Shown: piece by piece, positions 8,534 to 18,124 of the stretch | How the letters are laid out: each line of letters starts with the position of its first letter | Position numbering within the stretch: the stretch's first letter is position 1 | Source of the DNA: a virus | Taxonomy: Duplodnaviria; Caudoviricetes | Virus record (IMG/VR): IMGVR_UViG_3300034073_000627 | Coordinates: 1-29,738 of that record | Direction: 5' to 3' (one strand) | Length of the DNA: 29,738 nt | Program-made: the position numbers and the translations under genes | The notes under the pieces: model-generated | Seen by the model: only the letters and a program-made list of their open reading frames with translations | Told to the model about the DNA's origin: nothing | The model's database searches: none

Positions 8534-9220
8534 ATGACAGAGAAGAGAAATATTAAGAGTTTAATACAACAAGAAGAAGCTCACTTAAATAATCTACTAG
8601 ATGCAGGCGATCTCAATGCATTCAAAGGAATGGTTGATGAACTTCGTGATACTTGGACTAAAAAACAAATATTCAGAACAGAAACAGAAGCTAGAATTTC
8701 AGTGCTTCAAGATGCAAAGTATCCAACACTATCTGCAAAATACTGGCAATGTGTTAGAGAGCAAAATGTATTTCTTGAAAATTTAATGTCTTTATCTTTT
8801 GATTATAGACGTAATGATGCAAAGATTAAATGGCTACAAAAGAAATTGGAAACTGAAACAGATGAATATAAATTAGAGTGTTATAAAATTGATTTAGATG
8901 AAAAGATTTATGCAAAAGCAAACATGGAATTAGTTGCAAAAGATCGTATGAGAGAAATTAATATGTGGTCTAATTTAAAGAAAGAATTTGATAATGGAAC
9001 GTTTGATACTAAAAATGTCAACACTCACCAATTAGAATCGTATCATCAGATTATGAAAGGCAAAGCAAAGACCTTGACTCCTGGTTCTTCACAAGCAGAA
9101 GTATTCAATGTTCTTGGTCAACTGCAAACGATTGAAAGAGTAAAAGAAGAAAAAGGTTTACTTAAACAAGATGAGAAGAAAGCAATTGGACAACCTACAT
9201 TCGGCAAACCAACCAGTTAA
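8534..9220 (+). CDS. Hypothetical helical/coiled-coil protein, 228 aa
   Basis: Long ORF with charged, heptad-like segments (AKYWQCVREQ...AKDRMREI). No family recognised with certainty. Confidence 0.75.
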   Translation: MTEKRNIKSLIQQEEAHLNNLLDAGDLNAFKGMVDELRDTWTKKQIFRTETEARISVLQDAKYPTLSAKYWQCVREQNVFLENLMSLSFDYRRNDAKIKWLQKKLETETDEYKLECYKIDLDEKIYAKANMELVAKDRMREINMWSNLKKEFDNGTFDTKNVNTHQLESYHQIMKGKAKTLTPGSSQAEVFNVLGQLQTIERVKEEKGLLKQDEKKAIGQPTFGKPTS

Positions 9221-9986
9221 ACAGTTATTCTTTTTAGTCGCATTACCAAGATCTGGTAATACACTATTTGGTTCAATCATGAATCAAAATCCGAATATCG
9301 CTGTAACTCCAAACTCTATTACATTAGAAATAATGAAGGATATATTTCTTCTTAAACAAACTGATGTCTTTCAAAATTATCCAGATCATAAATCATTAGA
9401 TAACGTATTAGATATGGTATTTGACCAATATTATAAAGACTGGCCACAACAGTATATTATAGATAGAGGTCCTGTAATGACACCTGGTAATTTTATGTTA
9501 ATGAACAAGCATTTCAAACGTCCATTTAAATGCATTATTATTTTAAGAGATGTATTAGATGTTCTTGCATCTTATATTAAATGGTTTGAAAAAGAGCCAA
9601 CTAGCTTTGTTCACAGATACGGCAAACAAACTATAGAAGAAAAATTATGGATGTTAATGAATAAAGATGGAGCAATTGCAAAAGATTTAGAAGCTATAAA
9701 GAATTCTTATAACTATCCACAAATTTGTCATTATTTAAAATATGATGATTTAGTAAATCAGCCAGAAATTGAAATTAATAAAATATATGATTTTTTACAA
9801 ATACCTAAATTTAATCATAATTTTAAATCCTTGAAACAGTTTCAAATAAATGGTATGGGTTATGACGATACAGTAGTTGGAAATAAAATGCACACCATTA
9901 GAGAAGAGATTAGAAAGGAAGACAATCCTTACAGATCACAAATACCACAAAGTATTGTGAATGCGTATGGACATATAAAATTTTAA
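9171..9986 (+). CDS. Sulfotransferase family protein
   Basis: 5'-PSB loop LPRSGNTL, 3'-PB-like RDVLDVLAS, and the YDDLVNQP motif. The true start may be TTG at 9186. Confidence 0.8.
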   Translation: MRRKQLDNLHSANQPVKQLFFLVALPRSGNTLFGSIMNQNPNIAVTPNSITLEIMKDIFLLKQTDVFQNYPDHKSLDNVLDMVFDQYYKDWPQQYIIDRGPVMTPGNFMLMNKHFKRPFKCIIILRDVLDVLASYIKWFEKEPTSFVHRYGKQTIEEKLWMLMNKDGAIAKDLEAIKNSYNYPQICHYLKYDDLVNQPEIEINKIYDFLQIPKFNHNFKSLKQFQINGMGYDDTVVGNKMHTIREEIRKEDNPYRSQIPQSIVNAYGHIKF

Positions 9987-10375
9987 TGAAGATATTAATA
10001 TTTGGATTACCAGGATCAGGCAAAACTACCTTTGCTAAAAAATTAGTTGAGAATAAAAAGATACCTCACTTTAATGCTGATGATATTAGAAAGTTATTTG
10101 AAGATTGGGATTTTACAGAAACAGGTAGAAAGCGACAGGCAAACAGAATGATGACGATGTGTGATCTTGCAGCAAAGCATGTAGTAGTAGATTTTGTTTG
10201 TCCATTTGAATCTTACCGATCATTCTATGATATGAAGATTTGGATGAACACCATTGATAAAGGAAGATTTGAAGATACTAATAAAGTATTTGAGAAACCT
10301 AAAAAGGTTGATTTTGAAATAACTGATTTTAATTATAACTCTATTATAGAAAGAATTCATGGTCGATTACTCTAA
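9986..10375 (+). CDS. Adenylylsulfate (APS) kinase-like P-loop kinase
   Basis: GLPGSGKTT, NADDIR, RxRQAxR, DFVCP and FEKP motifs match the CysC-like pattern. Unusually short at 129 aa. Confidence 0.7.
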   Translation: MKILIFGLPGSGKTTFAKKLVENKKIPHFNADDIRKLFEDWDFTETGRKRQANRMMTMCDLAAKHVVVDFVCPFESYRSFYDMKIWMNTIDKGRFEDTNKVFEKPKKVDFEITDFNYNSIIERIHGRLL

Positions 10376-10712
10376 ACCCACAGCACAGATGTTAGGTAGA
10401 TGGCAACCATTTCATGATGGCCATTTAGCTTTATTTAAAGAGATATTAAAGAAAACAGGACAGGTGCAAATTATGGTAAGAACGATGCCAAAGTCAGATA
10501 ACAATCCATTTGAATTTGAAGAAATAAAGAAACGTATTGAAGAAAAATTAAAAGATTATGTAGGTAAATTTGAAGTTATCAAAGTTGCAAATATTACCAA
10601 TATTTGTTATGGTCGAGATGTAGGATATAAGATTGAAGAGATAGTCCTACCTAAACAGATACAAGAGATATCTGCAACAAAGATTAGAAAAGAGATGAAG
10701 AATGAAATTTAA
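10359..10712 (+). CDS. HxGH nucleotidyltransferase (cytidyltransferase-like)
   Basis: GRWQPFHDGH signature, NPF motif and C-terminal ISATKIR. Confidence 0.8.
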   Translation: MVDYSKPTAQMLGRWQPFHDGHLALFKEILKKTGQVQIMVRTMPKSDNNPFEFEEIKKRIEEKLKDYVGKFEVIKVANITNICYGRDVGYKIEEIVLPKQIQEISATKIRKEMKNEI

Positions 10713-11349
10713 CTTTGTATTTTTTGGTCAGTCCGTACTTCGTTATGAAGTTCCAGTAGATATCTTTAATGAAATTAATGGTATTTACGAAAACAATTAT
10801 GGCAATCTTGCAAAAGCTAATAAACAATTAATTGGTAAAATAATGGATGAACGTTCTCTCTATTATGATGGAGATGATACTTCAAAGATGCATAAACATA
10901 ATTATTTATCTCCACGTGTATATGAATGGTTTATGTCAGCTTATAAACATTATTTAGATTGGAATAAGATTATTAAATATCAGTTACACTTAAATTCAAT
11001 TTGGGTAAATGAAATGAAAGCTAATGAATATAATCCAATTCATATTCATCAAGGTAATTTAGCTACAGGATTAACTTCTGTGATGATTTTAAAAGTACCA
11101 TCTCATTATGGAGTTGAGTATTCTGCAGAAGATAAACCACAAAATGGAAGATTACAAATATTAGGTTCTGCTGCAGGTCAATTTGCAAATATTAATTATA
11201 CACCACCAATGCAAGTAGGAGATTTTTATGTATTTCCATATGACATGAGACATTGTGTTTATCCATTTAACGGTACTGATGAAACACGAAGAACATTAGC
11301 TGCAAATTGTGATGTATTATATAACCCACTTGAAAACAGAAAAGGATAA
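10702..11349 (+). CDS. 2OG-Fe(II) oxygenase-like protein
   Basis: WVN..EYNPIHIH...FPYDMRHCVYPF...RRTLAAN, the double-stranded beta-helix HxH...H...R pattern. Confidence 0.75.
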   Translation: MKFNFVFFGQSVLRYEVPVDIFNEINGIYENNYGNLAKANKQLIGKIMDERSLYYDGDDTSKMHKHNYLSPRVYEWFMSAYKHYLDWNKIIKYQLHLNSIWVNEMKANEYNPIHIHQGNLATGLTSVMILKVPSHYGVEYSAEDKPQNGRLQILGSAAGQFANINYTPPMQVGDFYVFPYDMRHCVYPFNGTDETRRTLAANCDVLYNPLENRKG

Positions 11350-11351
11350 TA

Positions 11352-11939
11352 ATGTTACATAAAGAACTTTGGTTTCCAACACAAATCTATATTAAACAAT
11401 TTAATTTAGATAATAGAGAATTAGAAAGAAACATTATTGAATGGTCTAAAAAGGATTCAGGTTTACAAAAGACAAATGTTAATGGTTGGCATTCACCATC
11501 TGATATGCATAAAAAACAAGAATATAGAAATTTAGCAGAAGCATTATTTCATATGCAATTTGATATTTACAAAGAAGAGTGTTTAGATAATGAACCTTAT
11601 CTTGGTAATATGTGGGCGAACATCAATCCACCAGGAGGACATAATAGACCTCATATTCATCCAAATTCTTTATGGTCAGGGGTTTATTATATTAAGACAT
11701 CTAAAGATTGTGGTCATTTAAAGATAGAAGATCCACGAGCTGTTGCTGCAATGACACTTCCAAAAAGAAATAATCAAACATTACCACAATATTTATGGAA
11801 AGAAGTTCATTATGAACCTGTTGAAGGAAGATGTATTATGTTTCCATCATGGTTAAATCATACTGTTGATGTGAACAAATCTAATGATATTAGGATATCA
11901 GTTTCATTCAATTTCTTGCAAACAGGGATGTTTGTATAA
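11352..11939 (+). CDS. 2OG-Fe(II) oxygenase (TIGR02466-like)
   Basis: WANINPPGGHNRPHIHPNSLWSGVYY...FPSWLNHTV...RISVSFN. Confidence 0.82.
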   Translation: MLHKELWFPTQIYIKQFNLDNRELERNIIEWSKKDSGLQKTNVNGWHSPSDMHKKQEYRNLAEALFHMQFDIYKEECLDNEPYLGNMWANINPPGGHNRPHIHPNSLWSGVYYIKTSKDCGHLKIEDPRAVAAMTLPKRNNQTLPQYLWKEVHYEPVEGRCIMFPSWLNHTVDVNKSNDIRISVSFNFLQTGMFV

Positions 11940-11940
11940 G

Positions 11941-11969
11941 TTTGCAATCAAATAATTAGGTGGTATAAT
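11941..11969 (+). promoter_or_regulatory. Sigma70 promoter with extended -10
   Basis: TTTGCA/TTGCAA at 11941-11947 and TG-G-TATAAT at 11961-11969. ATG at 11978 has no SD. Confidence 0.65.
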
Positions 11970-11977
11970 GAAGAATT

Positions 11978-13831
11978 ATGCCAATATCAAAGCTACAATT
12001 TAGACCAGGAATAGATAAACAAAACACTCAATACGGCGCAGAAGGCGGATGGACTGGGTGTGACATGGTCCGTTTTAGGTATGGTGTTCCTGAAAAGATA
12101 GGTGGATGGCAACCAGCCGTTGGTAATAACTTAATTGGTGCTGCACGAGACATTCATACTTATACAGATTTAGCAGGAGACTCATTAGCGGTCATCGGTA
12201 CAGATAGAAAGTTATATACTTATTATGATAACAATTTTTATGACATCACACCTCTATCAACAACTATTCCAGCAGTATTCACATTCACATCAGGCACAAC
12301 CATTGTAAACGTTCTAGCAACATCTAATGGTTCAATTGAAGGAGACTTTGTTACATTCTCAACAGTATCTGGAGTTAGTGTTGTAAATATTACAAATGCA
12401 AATATGCAACAAGAATTTGAAATTCAAAATATTGTAGATTCTAATAATTTTACAATAGATGTTGCATCTATTGCAACACCAGGAGTTGTTACAACTTCTG
12501 GAACAGCGGCAGGTGCTGCATTTCAAATAAATATAGGAGAGGATGTTACACAAATTGGTAATGGATGGGGAGCCGGTGCGTGGGGATTTTCAACTTGGAA
12601 CACACCAAGACCAACGGGAGTTATTACTGCTAATCCAAGAATTTGGCAAATAGATAACTTTGGTGAAGATATTATTGCAACAATTGTAGGTGGTAAAACT
12701 TATTACTTTGACACTTCTGCATTTTTACCATCAAGAAATACTAGAGCTACCTTATTAGCAAATGCTCCAACACAATCTAACTTTATGGTTATATCTCCAA
12801 GAGATAGACATGTGATATTCTTTGGTACACAAACAACACCAGGAACAAGTGCAACTTACGATCCAATGGCCGTGCTCTTTGGTTCACAAGAATCTATTAC
12901 AGATTTTACACCCAATGCAACTAATACCGCAGGATTTCAAAGATTATCCTCTGGTAATAGAATTGTAACTGCGGTTCCAACAAGAGGAGACATATTAATA
13001 TTAACCAATACATCCGCTCACTCAATGCAGTTCGTAGGACCACCTTTTACATTTTCATTTAAACAAATTGGTACGAACTGCGGAACGTTGTCCGCGCATT
13101 CTGCTGTAGAAGCGGAGAACGTTGTTTATTGGATGTCGGATGGAAGTTTTTATTTGTATGACGGAGTCGTGAAGGAAATTCCATGTTCAGTACAAGATTA
13201 TGTGTTTCAAGATTTAAATGAAGATGAACACTCTATTATTTATTCTGGAGTTAATCTTGAATTTTCAGAAGTGAATTGGTTTTATGCATCAGGTAGTTCT
13301 ACTGCAATAGATAGAGTTGTAACTTATAACTATCTTGAAAGAGTATGGACGATTGGAACTTTAGCTAGAACAACTTGGGCTTCTAAAGACGTATTTACAC
13401 ATCCATTAGCTACTAAATATATGCCAAACTCAACGACGCTTGCACAACCAACTGTTATTGGATTAACAGCAGGTGTGTCCACTTTATATGATCAAGAAAA
13501 AGGATTAAATGATGATACAAGTCCTATTACAGCTTTTATAGAATCGGGAGACATAGACATTGTCGATGGAGATAATTCAATGTTTGTAAAAAGATACATT
13601 CCCGATTTTAAAGATCAACAAGGTGCACTTAATATTCAATTTTTAGCAAGACAATATCCAGGTTCAGTACAAACAGTTGCATCAAGCACTGTTGCATATT
13701 CTACAACAACTAAAGTAGACGTTAGAGTTCGCGCTCGTCAAATTGCCGTTAAAATTATAAGCACAGATATTGATACTAAATGGAAATACGGAACATTGAG
13801 GATTGACGGACAAATTGATGGACTTCGTTAA
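11978..13831 (+). CDS. Putative tail nozzle / DNA-stabilisation protein (tail tubular B / P22 gp10-like)
   Basis: 617-aa beta-rich protein (FRPGIDK, VRFRYGVPEKIGGW, EVNWFY, YNYLE.VW..G.LART.W). Size and position before the ejection genes fit. Confidence 0.65.
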   Translation: MPISKLQFRPGIDKQNTQYGAEGGWTGCDMVRFRYGVPEKIGGWQPAVGNNLIGAARDIHTYTDLAGDSLAVIGTDRKLYTYYDNNFYDITPLSTTIPAVFTFTSGTTIVNVLATSNGSIEGDFVTFSTVSGVSVVNITNANMQQEFEIQNIVDSNNFTIDVASIATPGVVTTSGTAAGAAFQINIGEDVTQIGNGWGAGAWGFSTWNTPRPTGVITANPRIWQIDNFGEDIIATIVGGKTYYFDTSAFLPSRNTRATLLANAPTQSNFMVISPRDRHVIFFGTQTTPGTSATYDPMAVLFGSQESITDFTPNATNTAGFQRLSSGNRIVTAVPTRGDILILTNTSAHSMQFVGPPFTFSFKQIGTNCGTLSAHSAVEAENVVYWMSDGSFYLYDGVVKEIPCSVQDYVFQDLNEDEHSIIYSGVNLEFSEVNWFYASGSSTAIDRVVTYNYLERVWTIGTLARTTWASKDVFTHPLATKYMPNSTTLAQPTVIGLTAGVSTLYDQEKGLNDDTSPITAFIESGDIDIVDGDNSMFVKRYIPDFKDQQGALNIQFLARQYPGSVQTVASSTVAYSTTTKVDVRVRARQIAVKIISTDIDTKWKYGTLRIDGQIDGLR

Positions 13832-13835
13832 AAAT

Positions 13836-14465
13836 ATGACATTAAAAGAAAAGAAAAAATTATATTGGAAAAAATGGTATTCTAAAAATAAACAATGGAA
13901 AAAAGAATATCGTTTAAAATATAAAGAAAGAGATCAACAAACTAAAAAATTATGGCGATTAAAAAATAAAGAAATAATAAAAGAAAAAATGAGACTTTAT
14001 CGTTTAAAACATAAAGAAAGAGATAAAAAATATTCTAAAGAATATCGTATAAAAAATTCAGAAAAAATTAAAAAAAGAATGAAACTTTATCGTATAAGAT
14101 CAAGAAAAAAGATAGCAACTTATGTAAGAACAAAATTTCAAAATGATTTAAAATTTAGAACTCTTATGAATTTAAGACATAGAATTTATATGGCTTTAAA
14201 AGGAACTGTAAAATCTAAAAGAACAATAGATTTATTAGGTACATCAATTGATAATTTATGGATTCATTTAGAAAAAACATTTAAACCAGGAATGACTAAA
14301 GATAATTATGGTAAAATTTGGCAAATTGATCATAAAATTCCATGTGCCGCGTTTGATTTGACCAAACCAGAAGAACAAGCTAAATGTTTTCACTACACTA
14401 ATTTACAAGCTTTATTTGCAAAAGAAAATTTATCAAAAGGAGCTAAATTACAATGGCTAAACTAG
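13836..14465 (+). mobile_element. Free-standing HNH-type (homing) endonuclease gene
   Basis: C-terminal WQIDHKIPCAAFDLT...CFHYTNLQALFAKENLSKG, with a Lys/Arg-rich repeated N-terminus. ATG at 13836 lies just after the upstream stop, and the DNA is more A-rich than its flanks. Confidence 0.8.
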
Positions 14466-14626
14466 ATCAACCCAGATTAGCTAATGCTACACCTGAATAT
14501 AATCAACAACAAATGGATCAAATTATTAGAACATTAGAGCAAATGGTGTTACAATTAAATAGTACCTTTACACAAGATGTACAAGATGTTAATGAAGCTG
14601 AAGCTTGGTATTTTATTAGAGTATAA
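14453..14626 (+). CDS. Small hypothetical (likely structural) protein, 57 aa; not in ORF track
   Basis: Hand translation MAKLDQPRLANATPEYNQQQMDQIIRTLEQMVLQLNSTFTQDVQDVNEAEAWYFIRV*. SD AAGGAG lies upstream, inside the HNH gene. Confidence 0.8.
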   Translation: MAKLDQPRLANATPEYNQQQMDQIIRTLEQMVLQLNSTFTQDVQDVNEAEAWYFIRV

Positions 14627-14632
14627 GGAATA

Positions 14633-14968
14633 ATGTCTAACGTATATAAAAACGCAATCTATTCGCCCACAACTACAGCTAATACAACCGTTTATACTTG
14701 TAATGCTACAGCAAGAGCGATTATTCAAACTATCCAATTAACTAATCAATCAGGAAGTCATACAGTAGAAATTTTTGTTTATGATTCTTCTGCAACAACC
14801 ACAGTAGAAATAGTTAATATTAGTTTAGGTTCTAATACTACAGAAAATGTTGCAAAAGGTCCTATTATTTTAGAAGAAGGAGATGCTTTAATAATTTCTT
14901 GTAGTAATACAGTAGTATCAGGAATTGTTTCTATATTAGAAGTTAACCGAGGATCATTAACGACATAA
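14633..14968 (+). CDS. Small beta-rich structural protein, 111 aa
   Basis: SD AAGGA. Thr-rich with TTVYT and IILEEGD motifs, in the structural module. Confidence 0.65.
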   Translation: MSNVYKNAIYSPTTTANTTVYTCNATARAIIQTIQLTNQSGSHTVEIFVYDSSATTTVEIVNISLGSNTTENVAKGPIILEEGDALIISCSNTVVSGIVSILEVNRGSLTT

Positions 14969-15141
14969 TGAAAGAAATAAAAGTAATTTGTGATTCAGAA
15001 ATCACAATTAAGAATATAAAGACAGGACACATCTATAAAAACGAAGATGAGGTTAAAGCAGATATTAATGCTAAACCTGAAGATATTAAACGTGATGTTA
15101 AAATTATAGTTCCTACCATTCCCTTATTTAGCAAAACATGA
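14968..15141 (+). CDS. Small hypothetical protein, 57 aa; not in ORF track
   Basis: MKEIKVICDSEITIKNIKTGHIYKNEDEVKADINAKPEDIKRDVKIIVPTIPLFSKT*. TAATG overlap upstream and ATGA overlap downstream. Confidence 0.8.
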   Translation: MKEIKVICDSEITIKNIKTGHIYKNEDEVKADINAKPEDIKRDVKIIVPTIPLFSKT

Positions 15142-15761
15142 CACTTCCAAATGAGTGGAGAAGAATGCAGCACTATAGAAATATAGGTCTGAAATTTAAT
15201 AAAGTTTTAGATATTGGTGCTTTTGAAGGTGTTTGGACACAAAATTTTAAAAACATATATCCTGATGCAGATGTCTTAATGATTGAAGCAAATGAAGAGA
15301 AAGAAGAAATATTAAAAAAGATTGGTTCTTATAAAATAGCATTATTAGGAAAAGAGAATAATAAAGAAGTAGACTATTATAAATGTTTAGATGGTATGCA
15401 AACAGGAAATACTGTTTATAAAGAAAATACACATTTTAAATTTGCACCTATAAAGAAAACAACTATTACTTTACCTACCTTATTAAATTCAGAAGATGGT
15501 TATGATTTAATTAAAATGGATGTACAAGGATCTGAATTAGATATTATCAAAGGAGCTATTCCTATTATTGAGAAAACAAATCACTTAATACTTGAAACAC
15601 AAACTCTTAATTTTAATGACAAAGCACCAAGATTGACTGATATTGTATGTTATTTAAATACATTAAACTTTTCATTAATTGATGTTATCGACGTACACTA
15701 CTCATTAAATAATATATTATTTCAACTAGATGTTTTATTTGAAAGAAGAATTAATGATTAA
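15138..15761 (+). CDS. FkbM-family methyltransferase
   Basis: VLDIGAFEG motif I and IKMDVQGSELDIIKG signature. Confidence 0.85.
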   Translation: MTLPNEWRRMQHYRNIGLKFNKVLDIGAFEGVWTQNFKNIYPDADVLMIEANEEKEEILKKIGSYKIALLGKENNKEVDYYKCLDGMQTGNTVYKENTHFKFAPIKKTTITLPTLLNSEDGYDLIKMDVQGSELDIIKGAIPIIEKTNHLILETQTLNFNDKAPRLTDIVCYLNTLNFSLIDVIDVHYSLNNILFQLDVLFERRIND

Positions 15762-16455
15762 ATATTATACTCCTATTGCAGAAATTTATAATTTTCTTGG
15801 TAAATTTATTAATAAAGATATGAAAGTATTAGAACTAGGTCCTGGAGTTCTTCCTTTTCCATATGCAACTCATTTTTGTGGTTGGTTAGATTCTGAAAGA
15901 GAAAAATTATCTAATTATAAAGTAGTTGATTTTTCTAAAGATAGGTTTCCATATGAAGACAAAGAATTTGATTTTATTTATGCAAGACATGTTTTAGAAG
16001 ATTTATATAATCCATTTAATTGCATAGAAGAAATGTCTAGAATTGCAAAAGCTGGATTTATTGAATGTCCATCTCCTTTAACTGAAGTATGTAGAGAATC
16101 TGAAAATTGGAAAGATGAAAATTATGAATTTAAGTGGAGAGGATATAATCATCATCATTATTTTGTTTGGAATGATGGTCAATTAAACTTTTTACATAAA
16201 TTTCCATCGGTTGAATATATGAAGATAAATCAAGAAGATTATTTATTAGAATTACTAAAAGATAAGTATTATTGGAATACTTATTATCTATGGAAAGATA
16301 ACATAAAATATAAACATCATGAACATCCAAAAGACTATTTTGCTCCTTGTGATAAAGAATATGCAGAATTAATAGTAAAAGGCATTAATAGTTCTATAAA
16401 TTTTACTGGAAACTTTAAGAAAAAAATGTTAAAGATAGAGAGTGAAAGAAGTTAA
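15754..16455 (+). CDS. Class I SAM-dependent methyltransferase
   Basis: VLELGPG and FPYEDKEFDFIYARHVLEDL. ATG at 15754 preferred over the track start at 15730. Confidence 0.8.
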   Translation: MIKYYTPIAEIYNFLGKFINKDMKVLELGPGVLPFPYATHFCGWLDSEREKLSNYKVVDFSKDRFPYEDKEFDFIYARHVLEDLYNPFNCIEEMSRIAKAGFIECPSPLTEVCRESENWKDENYEFKWRGYNHHHYFVWNDGQLNFLHKFPSVEYMKINQEDYLLELLKDKYYWNTYYLWKDNIKYKHHEHPKDYFAPCDKEYAELIVKGINSSINFTGNFKKKMLKIESERS

Positions 16456-16458
16456 AAT

Positions 16459-17403
16459 ATGAATCCTAAAGGTGGAACAGAGATATTAAAAGAGCAACTA
16501 CTTGCTCAATTACCAGAAGAATCCATTGATGGAATTAATTTAATTGGTTCTATTTGTAATCCAGCGCTTGTTAAAGAAGATAAGATTAATGTTCTTTGGC
16601 AGCATTTAAGTTATGATCAACCTAATGTACAGTACATGCGCGATCGTAAATTCGTTGATTCTATTGATTACTTTATCTATGTCAGCCATTGGCAATACAA
16701 TAAGTTTAGAGAAATTTATAAAATTCCAGAATACAAATCTTTTGTAATTAAAAATGCAACTCATGCATTTGAACCGGTAAAAAAAGAACCGTTGATAATT
16801 ACCTCTGATAAAATCAAACTATTATATACATCTACTCCATGGAGAGGTTTAGCTATTCTTATTAAAGCTGTTGAGATATTAAACAAAACAAGAAATGATT
16901 TTGAAGTAGATATTTATTCATCTACTAAAATATATGGATCTGCTTTTGAAGAAAATGAAAAAGATAGATTTGAACCTTTATTTAATAAATGTAGAAATAC
17001 ACCTAATGTTAATTATCATAGTTATGCAGATAATAACACAATAAGAAATGCAGTACAAAAAGCTCACATTTATGCCTATCCATCTATTTTTGAAGAAACA
17101 TCTTGTTTAGCTATTATAGAAGCGATGAGCGCGGGCTGTCATGTAGTGACAACGAATTACGGAGCGTTGCCAGAAACATGTGGAGAATTTGCAACAATGA
17201 TTGAATTTGATTCTAGTGGCCAGAACTTAATTGAACGATATGCAGAAACATTAAATTCTGTAATTGACAATTATAGAGATAATATATACAAGGATGATTT
17301 AGAAATGCAAATTAAATACTATAACAAAAACTATTCATGGGAAACCAGAATACAAGAATGGAGAAATTTTTTAAATTATGTCAGAACAGAAAAAACACGT
17401 TAA
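16459..17403 (+). CDS. Glycosyltransferase, GT-B fold (GT4-like)
   Basis: YTSTPWRGL and YPSIFEETSCLAIIEAMSAG (E-X7-E motif), then VVTTNYGALPE. Confidence 0.85.
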   Translation: MNPKGGTEILKEQLLAQLPEESIDGINLIGSICNPALVKEDKINVLWQHLSYDQPNVQYMRDRKFVDSIDYFIYVSHWQYNKFREIYKIPEYKSFVIKNATHAFEPVKKEPLIITSDKIKLLYTSTPWRGLAILIKAVEILNKTRNDFEVDIYSSTKIYGSAFEENEKDRFEPLFNKCRNTPNVNYHSYADNNTIRNAVQKAHIYAYPSIFEETSCLAIIEAMSAGCHVVTTNYGALPETCGEFATMIEFDSSGQNLIERYAETLNSVIDNYRDNIYKDDLEMQIKYYNKNYSWETRIQEWRNFLNYVRTEKTR

Positions 17404-18124
17404 ACTATTTATAGCAACACCAGCATTTGGTCATCAAGTTACAACAAACTATGCAAATAGTTTATTAAAATTTGTATCAACATCACACCCAAGACTTGCA
17501 GTATCTTCAGCAGTTCATTTACAATCAGGAATGGCTTTAGTTACACAAGCAAGAAATAACTGTGTAGCGTATTTCTTAAATTCAGATTGCACGCATTTTT
17601 TATTTATAGACGCGGACATTGGATTTGAACCAGAAGCTATTTACAGATTAATAGAAAGAGATGTACCTTTATGTTTAACACCATACCCAGTTAAAGGTTA
17701 TGGTAAAGATAATCAATTACAGTTTATTGTACATTTCCCTGACAAAGATAATGTTAGAATAGATAAAAATGGTTTTGCAGAAATTATTGCAGGACCTACT
17801 GGATTCATGATGATTAAGAGAGAAGTATTTGAAAAACTTGCAGAGAAATATCCAGAACGAAAAACAGTCAATAAACAATTAGTAGGTAATAAAGTAGAAA
17901 CAATGGAAAAAGGTTGGTATACATTCTTTGAAACAGCACAAGATCCTGAAAATGGATATCTTGGTGAAGACATTGCTTTCTGTAGATTATGGACTAATAT
18001 TGGCGGTAAAATATACGCGGATACACAAACGCCGCTAACGCATTTCGGATCGCATGCATTTCATGGTAGTTTAAACACTATGTTTTCTAAACAAAAACCA
18101 ATTGACGATACGTATAAAAAGTAG
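17378..18124 (+). CDS. Glycosyltransferase-like protein, GT-A fold
   Basis: ARN, HFLFIDADI (DxD), TGFMMIKR and GEDIAFC motifs. Confidence 0.75.
   Translation: MSEQKKHVKLFIATPAFGHQVTTNYANSLLKFVSTSHPRLAVSSAVHLQSGMALVTQARNNCVAYFLNSDCTHFLFIDADIGFEPEAIYRLIERDVPLCLTPYPVKGYGKDNQLQFIVHFPDKDNVRIDKNGFAEIIAGPTGFMMIKREVFEKLAEKYPERKTVNKQLVGNKVETMEKGWYTFFETAQDPENGYLGEDIAFCRLWTNIGGKIYADTQTPLTHFGSHAFHGSLNTMFSKQKPIDDTYKK

Noticed and set aside
13803-14465. Group I intron or intein around the HNH gene
   Set aside because: Flanking genes have their own stop and start and abut the HNH ORF, leaving no room for a ribozyme core.
16407-16436. Possible promoter upstream of the GT-B gene
   Set aside because: Only weak hexamer matches in very AT-rich sequence, so not supportable.
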